Position numbers and translations under genes: made by a program
Part shown: positions 55,942 to 64,000 of the stretch, piece after piece
Layout of the letters: each line of letters starts with the position of its first letter
Numbering within the stretch: position 1 is the stretch's first letter
The notes under the pieces: generated by a model
Seen by the model: the letters and a program-made list of their open reading frames with translations, nothing else
Database searches by the model: none
What the model was told of the DNA's origin: nothing
NCBI GenBank assembly: GCA_963663165.1
Contig: OY760175.1
Coordinates: 6,656,001-6,720,000, forward strand
DNA from: an uncultured Desulfospira sp.
Lineage (GTDB): Bacteria; Desulfobacterota; Desulfobacteria; Desulfobacterales; Desulfobacteraceae
Direction: 5' to 3'
DNA length: 64,000 bases

Positions 55942-58137
55942 ATGAACTCTGTTGCATTTGAACTATCCAGCTACGCGCTCAAAGCCTTTTCCGGTTTTTC
56001 CAAAGCAAGGATACGGGTAAAGGGAGAAGAGAATATCCCCCAAGGGTCGGTGATTTTCTGTGCCAACCATTTTACCCGGATTGAAACCATCTTTCTGCCC
56101 TATCATATCCATGCCCTCACCCATAAAAAGGTCTGGTCCCTTGCCTCCAAGGAGCTGTTTGAGGTTCCCTTGATTGAAGGACTGTTACATTACTTCGGGG
56201 CGGTATCCACCGGGGCGCCCAACCGGAATGACCAGATTCTAAAGACCCTGATCCCCGGGGATGCCCACTGGATTATTTTTCCTGAAGGCATGATGGTGAA
56301 AAACAAAAAGCTGGTAAAGCAGAACCAGTTTCTTTTAAAGGATGATACCCATGACCTGCTGCGCCCCCATACCGGGGCGGCTGTCCTGGGGCTGACCTGT
56401 GCGTATTTTAAACAGCGCCTTAAACGGCTTGAGCAAAGAGGGGGCGGCCCTGAGCTGGAATACCTGAAGGCCCGGTTCGGCATAACGGATATGGACAGGG
56501 CCGTCACCACCAGCACCCATATTGTTCCGGTGAATATCACCTATTATCCGGCAAGGCCCCGGGAAAATGTGCTGGCCTCCGTTGCCGGGCTTCTCATGAA
56601 AGAGCCCTCTGAGCGGGTCATGGATGAACTCATGACCGAAGGGGGATTTCTTTTCGGCGGGGTGGATATCACCATCCGGTTCGGGCCTGCCCTGGACATG
56701 CGCCCGCATCTGAACCATTTTTATATTGAAAGCATGCTGGCCGCAAAACGGCGGGTGAGGATCAGCCGTGATCCCACGGCCAGGCAGATCGTCAGGCATA
56801 CGGCCCAGGACATCATGGAAGATTACATGGGCCGTGTGTATGCCATGACCACGGTCAATTACGATCACATCATGGCCGGTATTCTCAAACACCTGCCCTA
56901 CCGGCCCGACGGGGTAGATGTCTACGAGTTCAAATGCAAGCTGTTTTATGCGGTCACGGAGCTTAAAAAAAGACGGCTTTGCCATCTGGCCGGCCAGTTT
57001 GATTATAACCAGATTCATCTGCTCACCGATGACCGGTTTAAGCGGATCTCCGGGTTCATGGATTTGGCCGTACAGACCGGCGTGATCCAGATCCAGGAAT
57101 CCCGGTTGTTCAAAGACCATAAACGGTTTACCCAAGTGGCCCATTTTCATGCTGTCCGGCTGAAAAATCCCATTCTGGTCATGGCCAATGAAATAGAGCC
57201 CCTGGCCCGGGTGGAAGAAGTCTTAAAGATTGTGGCGCGAAAATCCTTTGAAGATATCCGTGATGCGGTCCGGTATAAGCTCAAGGAAAAGATCAATTCT
57301 GATTTTGCCCAGGATTATGCAAGGTTTTATGATGAAGAAGAATCCAAGGGAAAAGAGGTGGGCAGTCCCCTGTTTCTTGAACAGCCTTCCTATAAAAAAG
57401 AGGGTAAACAGCCCATCGGCATTCTTCTCATCCACGGATACATGGCCGCTCCCATGGAGATGAAACAGTTTGCCCAATTCCTTCATGCCCAGGGTTTCAC
57501 GGTTTTTGTGCCCCGGACCAGAGGGCATGGCACAAGCCCTGAAGACCTGGCCCGGACCACCCATGAGCAGTGGATCGAATCCGTTGAGGAAGGGTTTGCG
57601 GCCCTGGACCATACGTGCCGCCGGACCGTTATCGGCGGATTTTCAACCGGTGCGGGCCTTGCCTTGGAGCTGGCCACCCGGGTCAGGGATTATGCGGCGG
57701 CCTTTGCCATTTCCCCACCCATGCGGCTCAATGATCTCGGGGCCTTTTTTGTCCCGGCCATCCATACCTGGAACAGCATGATCCGGAAAATGAACATGAG
57801 CGCCATGACCAAGGAGTTCATTGTCAACTCGCCGGAAAATCCCCACATCAACTATCCGCGAAACCCCATTGCCGGGGTTCATCAGCTGGAAAAACTCATG
57901 GACCGGCTCGAACCCAAACTCAAGACCCTTAAAAAGCCGGTGCTGGTGGCCCTGTCCCGAAAAGACCCGGTGGTCAGCGTCAAGGGCGCTGAAAAAATGT
58001 TCAAGCTCATCGGTTCTGAGCGAAAAGAATTTTACCTGTTTGATTATGACCGCCACGGGATCATCAACGGCAAAGATGTGGAAAGGGTTTACCAGGCCGT
58101 GCTGAATTTTATTAAAGGGTGGGTGGGGCAACCTTAG
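55942..58137 (+). CDS. PlsC-like acyltransferase fused to an alpha/beta hydrolase
   Basis: NHFTRIE and IFPEG at the N-terminus; LIHGY, GFSTG, D and H at the C-terminus. Confidence 0.85.
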   Translation: MNSVAFELSSYALKAFSGFSKARIRVKGEENIPQGSVIFCANHFTRIETIFLPYHIHALTHKKVWSLASKELFEVPLIEGLLHYFGAVSTGAPNRNDQILKTLIPGDAHWIIFPEGMMVKNKKLVKQNQFLLKDDTHDLLRPHTGAAVLGLTCAYFKQRLKRLEQRGGGPELEYLKARFGITDMDRAVTTSTHIVPVNITYYPARPRENVLASVAGLLMKEPSERVMDELMTEGGFLFGGVDITIRFGPALDMRPHLNHFYIESMLAAKRRVRISRDPTARQIVRHTAQDIMEDYMGRVYAMTTVNYDHIMAGILKHLPYRPDGVDVYEFKCKLFYAVTELKKRRLCHLAGQFDYNQIHLLTDDRFKRISGFMDLAVQTGVIQIQESRLFKDHKRFTQVAHFHAVRLKNPILVMANEIEPLARVEEVLKIVARKSFEDIRDAVRYKLKEKINSDFAQDYARFYDEEESKGKEVGSPLFLEQPSYKKEGKQPIGILLIHGYMAAPMEMKQFAQFLHAQGFTVFVPRTRGHGTSPEDLARTTHEQWIESVEEGFAALDHTCRRTVIGGFSTGAGLALELATRVRDYAAAFAISPPMRLNDLGAFFVPAIHTWNSMIRKMNMSAMTKEFIVNSPENPHINYPRNPIAGVHQLEKLMDRLEPKLKTLKKPVLVALSRKDPVVSVKGAEKMFKLIGSERKEFYLFDYDRHGIINGKDVERVYQAVLNFIKGWVGQP

Positions 58138-58676
58138 GGGTTTCGTTTGACACAGCGGGGCATGCAATGATCAGAATGGTTCCGGAAGACTCCCGGAATC
58201 GGTCATCAGTTCCTGGATGCGCTGGAAAAACCGGCCAGGGTCGTCGGTCTTGATCCCGAACAGGTAGTCCCGGATAAAGGCTTTTCCCTTTTCCGGGTCA
58301 CGTCACAGACCATGCTCAGGGCAATGATGGACAAAAAGGGAACCGCTCCGGGAGCCTTGCCCTGGCCTAGGGCAAACGCCCCCAATATGCTGAAAATGGC
58401 AATGGAGGTTACAGGCCACAGAATAAGGCGATTGCATTCATAGGGCCACGGCATATATCCCCCGCCCCCGGGCCGGACCTTTTCGCGGCCGTGAAGATCA
58501 TTACAAAAATTACGCAACATATTGAAAACCGGCCTGAATGCTTCAAAATGAATCCTCCTTGAACGGGTATCAGGAAGACTTTTATCACGGTTTTGAATAC
58601 AGGGAAAGACAGAACAGGTCCTGATAAGGTATTTAGGGGATGCCTGTTATTGGGGGGGGGGGCGGTCAAAGGCCCC

Positions 58677-59186
58677 TTATCGGGAACCGGAAATCTTTTT
58701 GATCACATCCCTGGGCAGCCGGGTTTCATGGTAACTGCCCCTTAAATACACCCGTTCAGCCGGTCTGGCACACTGGATTTTAAAATGAAAATCATTGAGC
58801 TTGGCGTAAAAACGCTGAAACACTTCGGAATCGGTTTCCAGGTTGACCCGGCAGTTGTTCTTGAGGTGAAATTGTTCTGCCGCATGGTGGACCAGCATAT
58901 AAAAACAGGCGGCTGACAGGTATTTGCAGCCTAGTTCCCGGTATATCTCAGGGTAGAATTTGGACACGTAAATACTGCCTGAAAAGATTTCGTGGGACAG
59001 GATCAATGACCTTGAAACCTGTTTTCCGGTTTGCCTGAGGCAAAGGGCATATTCAATGCAGGTCTCATCCTGCTCAAAAAAAAGCGAAAACCGGTCCAGG
59101 AGCCTGGGCATTTGCCGGATTAAAAAGGCGCTTTCCGGAATATGGCCGGAGACGTCCGGGGTAAGGCTGCCTTCCAGGTCTTTCAT
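58677..59186 (-). CDS. Hypothetical protein
   Basis: 169-aa ORF with AGAGGGGA RBS; no motif recognised. Confidence 0.6.
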   Translation of the reverse strand: MKDLEGSLTPDVSGHIPESAFLIRQMPRLLDRFSLFFEQDETCIEYALCLRQTGKQVSRSLILSHEIFSGSIYVSKFYPEIYRELGCKYLSAACFYMLVHHAAEQFHLKNNCRVNLETDSEVFQRFYAKLNDFHFKIQCARPAERVYLRGSYHETRLPRDVIKKISGSR

Positions 59187-59309
59187 ATGTCCCCTCTTTG
59201 TGTAAGACAGAGAGGATTCTGTATGCCCACCAAAAGGCTGTCTGAATTACAGTTGATAAAGTTTAACGAAGGGCACCGTATCGGATTTAACTGTTTAAGT
59301 CAAAAAGAA

Positions 59310-59346
59310 AAAAGGGGAGGAGAACCAAAGGCTCTCCTCCCCTTTT
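59310..59346 (-). terminator. Rho-independent terminator of the fusA operon
   Basis: aaaaggggaggaga...tctcctcccctttt hairpin. The A-tract on the left reads as a U-tract on the minus strand. Confidence 0.8.
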
Positions 59347-59373
59347 AAAGGCATACAAGATTAACGCGCCGTC

Positions 59374-60069
59374 TTATTCTTCTGCCGGCATCATGGTGGC
59401 GGGATCCAGTGTAAACCGGGAACTGGTCCGTTCGCCGTCTTTGAGGACGACCGTTTCGATTTTGTTGTCCACGGGGTTCAGGAACAAGGCTTTGTCAAAC
59501 AGGGCATCATGGGTGGCCAACTGAACCGGAAACCCGTCTTTATTGAGCCCTTCTTCCCGGTGGCTTTTCATGGCAAACCAGATAGATATGGAAAATTCCT
59601 GGTTTAAATCGCTTAATCTTGTGAGCAGTTTTGTATTGTCCTGGTCAAAGTTAATGCCGTCCAGGACCATGATGGAGGGAAGGTCCATGCCCACAGACTT
59701 AAAGCTGGTGAGATAGTCCTTGATTTTTTCAGTATCAAAGGTGTTTTCGTTGTAGCTGATCCCGACCTTGTGGGGATTGATGTCCTCCCAGAGCAGTTCG
59801 GCTTTTCTGGGGTCCACATACCCGATGGAATCAATCAGGTTGGTGTACCCTTCGGTATATCTTAAGTTGATCTTTTCAATGGTATCTTCCAGGCTCACAT
59901 GAAGGACTTTCCGGTCATTTAAAAGCTGGGTTAAGGCAATTTGAACCAGAAATCTTGTCTTGCCGACACCGGCCCTGGACAGGACGGCACCAAACCGGAT
60001 ACCACTGATATTGTCGCAGCCGATTGTCTTTTCAACCGGGCTTTTGAGAATGAGGTCTTGTTTTAACAT
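59374..60069 (-). CDS. RecA/KaiC-like P-loop protein downstream of fusA
   Basis: SRAGVGKT, VLHVSL and MVLDG. Confidence 0.8.
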   Translation of the reverse strand: MLKQDLILKSPVEKTIGCDNISGIRFGAVLSRAGVGKTRFLVQIALTQLLNDRKVLHVSLEDTIEKINLRYTEGYTNLIDSIGYVDPRKAELLWEDINPHKVGISYNENTFDTEKIKDYLTSFKSVGMDLPSIMVLDGINFDQDNTKLLTRLSDLNQEFSISIWFAMKSHREEGLNKDGFPVQLATHDALFDKALFLNPVDNKIETVVLKDGERTSSRFTLDPATMMPAEE

Positions 60070-60081
60070 GGGGTCCTCTCT

Positions 60082-62166
60082 TTATTTTTTTTGGGCTTTT
60101 TCTTCCTGTTTTTGTTTGATGATCCCTTCGGCCACGGACTGGGGAACCTGCTTGTACGTGGAAAATTCCATGGTAAACTGGGCCTTTCCCTGGGTGGCGG
60201 ATCTTAAGACGGTGGAAAAGCCGAACATATCCGACAGCGGGACCTGGGCCTCAATGACCGACATGACCCCTTCTTCCTGGGAACCTTGGATAATTCCCCG
60301 TCTCTGGTTGATCAGCCCCATGCAGGAACCTTGAAATTCGTTGGGGGTTTCAATGACCACCTTCATGATGGGTTCTTTGATCACCGGTTTGGCCTTGGCA
60401 TAGGCTTCAAGGAACGCGCCCCTAGCTGCCGCCTGGAAGGCCATTTCAGAGGAGTCTACCGAATGGTAGGCCCCGTCTTCGATGGTTACCCGGATGCCGG
60501 TCACCGGGAATTCCAGCCGGGGCCCTTTGGCCATACAGGCTTCAAACCCTTTTTGGCAGGCCGGAATATACTGGGTCGGGATTCTGCCGCCGGTGATCTT
60601 GTTGACAAATTCAAACTGGTCTTCATAGGGTTCAATAAACCCGGCCACCCGGCCGAACTGGCCGGCGCCGCCGGTCTGTTTCTTGTGGGTGTAGTTGAAC
60701 ACCGCCTTCTGGGTAATGGTTTCCCGGTAAGCCACCCGGGGCTGCCCGGTGGTGACCTCGGCTTTGTATTCGCGCTTCATGCGCTCCACATAAACTTCTA
60801 AGTGAAGTTCTCCCATGCCCTGGATGATGGTGTCGCCGGTTTCGTTGTCCACATAGGTTTTAAAGGTGGGATCTTCCTTGGTAAACCGGTTCAGGGCCTT
60901 GGACATATTGATCTGGGCCTTGTTGTCCTTGGGAACAATGGCCAGGGAGATGACCGGTTCCATCACATGCATGGCCATCATGGACAGGTTGACCCCGGGC
61001 GAGGCAAAGGTATCGCCAGAGGCACAGTCAATGCCGAACATGGCCCCGATATGCCCCGCCGGCACGGAGTCCACATCCTCCATCTGGGAGGAGTGCATCC
61101 GGATCAGGCGGCCGATTTTTACTTTTTTGCCGTCCCGGCTGTTGATCAGGGTGTCCCCTTTGTTGATGCAGCCCTGGTAGACCCGGATATAGGTCAGCTG
61201 GCCGTACTGCCCGTCTTCAAGTTTAAAGGCTAAGGCAACGGTGGGCTTGTCAAAGTTGCTTTCCAGGACAACGGTTTCCTCGTTATTGTCCATGTCAATG
61301 GCTTCGTTTTGAATGTCAAGGGGGGAGGGCAGGTAGTCCACCACGGCGTTAAGCAGGGGCTGAACCGCCTTGTTTTTATAGGCAGACCCCATAAATACCG
61401 GGGTCATTTCCCGGGCAATGGTCCCGGTCCTGACGGCTGTTTTGACCATCTCTTCGGTAATCTCACTTTCTTCGAGGATCGCATCGGTCAGCTCTTCGGA
61501 GAACAATGATACCGCATCAATCATTTCTTCCCTTGCGGCGGCGGCCTCATCCATCATGTCTTCAGGGATGGGCTTTTCAACCATTTTTTCCCCGTTATCC
61601 CCTTCAAAATAGTAGGCCTTCATGGCCACTAAGTCCACCACGCCTTCGTGCTTGTCTTCAAGGCCGATGGGAAGCTGCATCATAACCGAGTTGTGCCCGA
61701 GTTTGTCCTTAAGCTGCCGGGAGACCCTGGCCGGGTTGGCACCGGACCGGTCACATTTGTTGACAAATGCGATACAGGGGACTTCGTACCGTTTCATCTG
61801 CTGGTCAACGGTAATGGACTGGGACTGAACCCCTGAAACAGAGCAGAGAATCAGCACCACACCGTCTAAAACCCTTAAAGACCGTTCAACCTCTACCGTG
61901 AAATCCACATGGCCCGGGGTGTCAATGATGTTGACCCCGTAGCCGGCCCACTCGCAATGGGTAGCGGCAGAGGCAATGGTAATTCCCCGTTCCTTTTCCA
62001 GTTCCATGGAATCCATAATGGCACCGGCACCGTCTTTTCCCCTGACCTCATGGATCTGGTGAATTCTATCTGTATAAAAAAGGATTCTTTCTGTAAGCGT
62101 GGTCTTCCCGGAATCAATATGGGCACTGATTCCAATGTTTCGTACCTTTTTTAAGTCTCTGATCAT
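60082..62166 (-). CDS. fusA: Elongation factor G
   Basis: [31 protein letters not shown] and HKKQTGG. Confidence 0.97.
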   Translation of the reverse strand: MIRDLKKVRNIGISAHIDSGKTTLTERILFYTDRIHQIHEVRGKDGAGAIMDSMELEKERGITIASAATHCEWAGYGVNIIDTPGHVDFTVEVERSLRVLDGVVLILCSVSGVQSQSITVDQQMKRYEVPCIAFVNKCDRSGANPARVSRQLKDKLGHNSVMMQLPIGLEDKHEGVVDLVAMKAYYFEGDNGEKMVEKPIPEDMMDEAAAAREEMIDAVSLFSEELTDAILEESEITEEMVKTAVRTGTIAREMTPVFMGSAYKNKAVQPLLNAVVDYLPSPLDIQNEAIDMDNNEETVVLESNFDKPTVALAFKLEDGQYGQLTYIRVYQGCINKGDTLINSRDGKKVKIGRLIRMHSSQMEDVDSVPAGHIGAMFGIDCASGDTFASPGVNLSMMAMHVMEPVISLAIVPKDNKAQINMSKALNRFTKEDPTFKTYVDNETGDTIIQGMGELHLEVYVERMKREYKAEVTTGQPRVAYRETITQKAVFNYTHKKQTGGAGQFGRVAGFIEPYEDQFEFVNKITGGRIPTQYIPACQKGFEACMAKGPRLEFPVTGIRVTIEDGAYHSVDSSEMAFQAAARGAFLEAYAKAKPVIKEPIMKVVIETPNEFQGSCMGLINQRRGIIQGSQEEGVMSVIEAQVPLSDMFGFSTVLRSATQGKAQFTMEFSTYKQVPQSVAEGIIKQKQEEKAQKK

Positions 62167-62407
62167 TTTGTTTATGTCCTCTTGAATAAAAAAATTACCC
62201 GCAGCAATAAATCGCCAAAACTATCAAAGGCATTGCTCTATAATATTTTTACTAAATTATGATTACGATTTTATTAAATTTGGACTTTAATCAACTTATA
62301 CATTTTATATTTTATTAAAAGGTGTGTCAAATACACCTTTGAACGAATATTGTCAATATATATTTTTAATATTGCATTTAATCAACAAATTTATTACTAA
62401 GGTAGTG

Positions 62408-62435
62408 GATGCCCCATATATGATGCCCCATATAT
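62408..62435 (+). repeat. Exact 14-bp tandem duplication
   Basis: gatgccccatatat twice. Confidence 0.85.
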
Positions 62436-62560
62436 AAAGTTAAGTTCCGTTTAACGCTCATGGGCCGATCTGGAGGTTATCTTCAGGCCTTTCACAACAA
62501 CATGAATGAAGGATGCCTTAGCCCCTTTCCAGGCGCTTTCATTATAAACTGATCTGGAGT

Positions 62561-63643
62561 ATGGTTTTGAAAAAATACCTTATCTTGATTGTCAGTATTC
62601 AGATGATTCTTTTAACCTTTATCTGGGCACTTCCCGGGTTCGCCGCCACTGAAAAAGAACTGTTTGAAAAAGGGGTGGCCCTTTTAAAAGCGGAAAAGTA
62701 TCAGCAGGCAGTGGAGACCTTCACCAAGGTCATTGAAATCCTGCCTAATGCGGCAGACGCCTATAAGAACCGGGGCGTTGCCTATATGAAACAGAAAAGA
62801 TATGACCTTGCCGTGGCTGATTTTTTAAAAACCCTTGAGATCCAGCCGGAATTAAAGGGGATCTATTCCAACATGGGGGTGGCCCGGTATTACCAGAGAG
62901 ATTATGCCAAGGCCATTGAAAATTACAACCAGGAGCTGGAAAAATCTCCGGGCAGCTACTTTACCTATTTTAACCGGGCCATCTGCTGGTCGGAACTTAA
63001 ACAATATGACAAAAGCCTTGCCGATGTGAATAAAACCCTTGAGATTGTACCGGATTTATACCCGGCCATCTGCATGAAAGGGGACCTTTACGTCAAGATG
63101 GGGCAGATGGATAAGGCCAAACAGTCCTATGAACAGGCCATTGAGGTCAGCCCTGACCAGACCTATGCCAAGACCCGTATGGCTGAATTACAGCAGGCTG
63201 ACTCCCGGGCCAGAGTGGCCAGCCAAACCCCTCCTGCTGCAGAGGCGGCATCTAAAGAACCATCGGATCAGGGATCTCCCGGGGTGATGGCAATGCCTTC
63301 AAGCCCGAAACCGGCCGCTCCCCCGGCAACGGTTGCCGCCAAAACCGTTCAACCCAGACCAGATCAGGGCGGCAATGTATCGGGCCAGACCGGCACGGGC
63401 AGAGTCTATGAGCTTCAGACCGGGGCCTACCGGGTGGAGGAAAACGCCAGGGCGACCCTTGAAAAATTAAAGGAGATGGGCATTGATTCCAGGATCGTGG
63501 TCGCGTCTTCAAGCGACGGCAAATCCTGGTATATGGTCAGAGCCGGAAGTTATCCCACCTATGCTTCAGCCAAGGAAGCAAAGACCTCTTTTAAGGAAAA
63601 GACCGGTATGGACACGGTGGTGAAATCAGCCATCAACCAGTAA
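62561..63643 (+). CDS. TPR + SPOR domain exported protein
   Basis: Signal peptide, several TPRs (AYKNRG, YFNRA), Pro/Ala linker and SPOR (LQTGAY...WYMVRAG). Confidence 0.88.
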   Translation: MVLKKYLILIVSIQMILLTFIWALPGFAATEKELFEKGVALLKAEKYQQAVETFTKVIEILPNAADAYKNRGVAYMKQKRYDLAVADFLKTLEIQPELKGIYSNMGVARYYQRDYAKAIENYNQELEKSPGSYFTYFNRAICWSELKQYDKSLADVNKTLEIVPDLYPAICMKGDLYVKMGQMDKAKQSYEQAIEVSPDQTYAKTRMAELQQADSRARVASQTPPAAEAASKEPSDQGSPGVMAMPSSPKPAAPPATVAAKTVQPRPDQGGNVSGQTGTGRVYELQTGAYRVEENARATLEKLKEMGIDSRIVVASSSDGKSWYMVRAGSYPTYASAKEAKTSFKEKTGMDTVVKSAINQ

Positions 63644-63653
63644 CCTCAATTTT

Positions 63654-63690
63654 AAACACGCCCCGTCAAAACGGGGCGTGTTTTCTTTTT
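63654..63690 (+). terminator. Rho-independent terminator
   Basis: aaacacgccccgt-caaa-acggggcgtgttt followed by T-rich sequence. Confidence 0.85.
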
Positions 63691-63715
63691 CGCACCCTTT
63701 CAGGACAATCTAACC

Positions 63716-64000
63716 ATGGGCATTTACAATGCGGTCAGTTTCTGCGGGATTTTTATCCTGATTTTTTTGATGTGGGGGATTTCAAGATTTGTCTTTAAAA
63801 ACAGGGCCCGGGTAAATATTAAGCTGCTTTGCTGGGGCATCGCCCTTCAGCTGGCAGTGGCGGTTTTTCTGTTCCTTGTGCCGGCCGGGGTGGTTTTGTT
63901 TCAGGCCGTCAACGACGTGGCCATCAAGATCCTTGAGACCTCTTCTCAGGGGATTGAATTCGTCTTTGGTCCCCTGGCCCTGCCGCCGGGCCGGCAAGGG
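63716..64000 (+). CDS. NupC/CNT-family nucleoside transporter, 5' part
   Basis: Manual translation MGIYNAVSFCGIFILI...WGIALQLAVAVFLF...GIEFVFGPL; runs off the window. Confidence 0.8.
   Translation, partial: MGIYNAVSFCGIFILIFLMWGISRFVFKNRARVNIKLLCWGIALQLAVAVFLFLVPAGVVLFQAVNDVAIKILETSSQGIEFVFGPLALPPGRQG

Noticed and set aside
58170..58560. Selenoprotein via in-frame TGA at 58303-58305 (minus strand)
   Set aside because: The upstream frame is not protein-like and no convincing SECIS was seen. The region looks like a multiply frameshifted remnant that I cannot identify.
58652..58662. Poly-G (11) phase-variation tract
   Set aside because: Intergenic and not linked to an identifiable intact gene or promoter.

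Overview
Chromosomal window from a sulfate-reducing Desulfobacteraceae-like bacterium (taxonomy inferred from gene content and style). It has a housekeeping backbone (ffh, rlmN, nth, mrcB, slyD-like, guaB, dnaE, djlA, mtaB, mnmA, fusA) interspersed with accessory modules. These are a ModE/FmdE/MoeA/MobB molybdenum-tungsten cluster, an AraC-methyltransferase-ABC-TonB-ZinT metal-uptake cluster, a TRAP transporter, HigBA, an AdoMetDC-GNAT fusion paired with a DUF2156 protein, and a sigma54-controlled corrinoid methyltransferase (O-demethylase-like) operon. No rRNA, tRNA, CRISPR array or autonomous transposase was seen. The most unusual signal is non-coding: 12 copies of a modular two-hairpin element (about 90-150 bp, no terminal inverted repeats, covarying stems, interchangeable hairpin modules). 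It occurs as singletons, a dimer and a 5-unit head-to-tail array, and the dimer sits inside a different MITE-like element at a GTT site. Two further MITE-like families, heptamer repeats and several gene remnants are also present. All calls were made by eye from the sequence, with no database searches.
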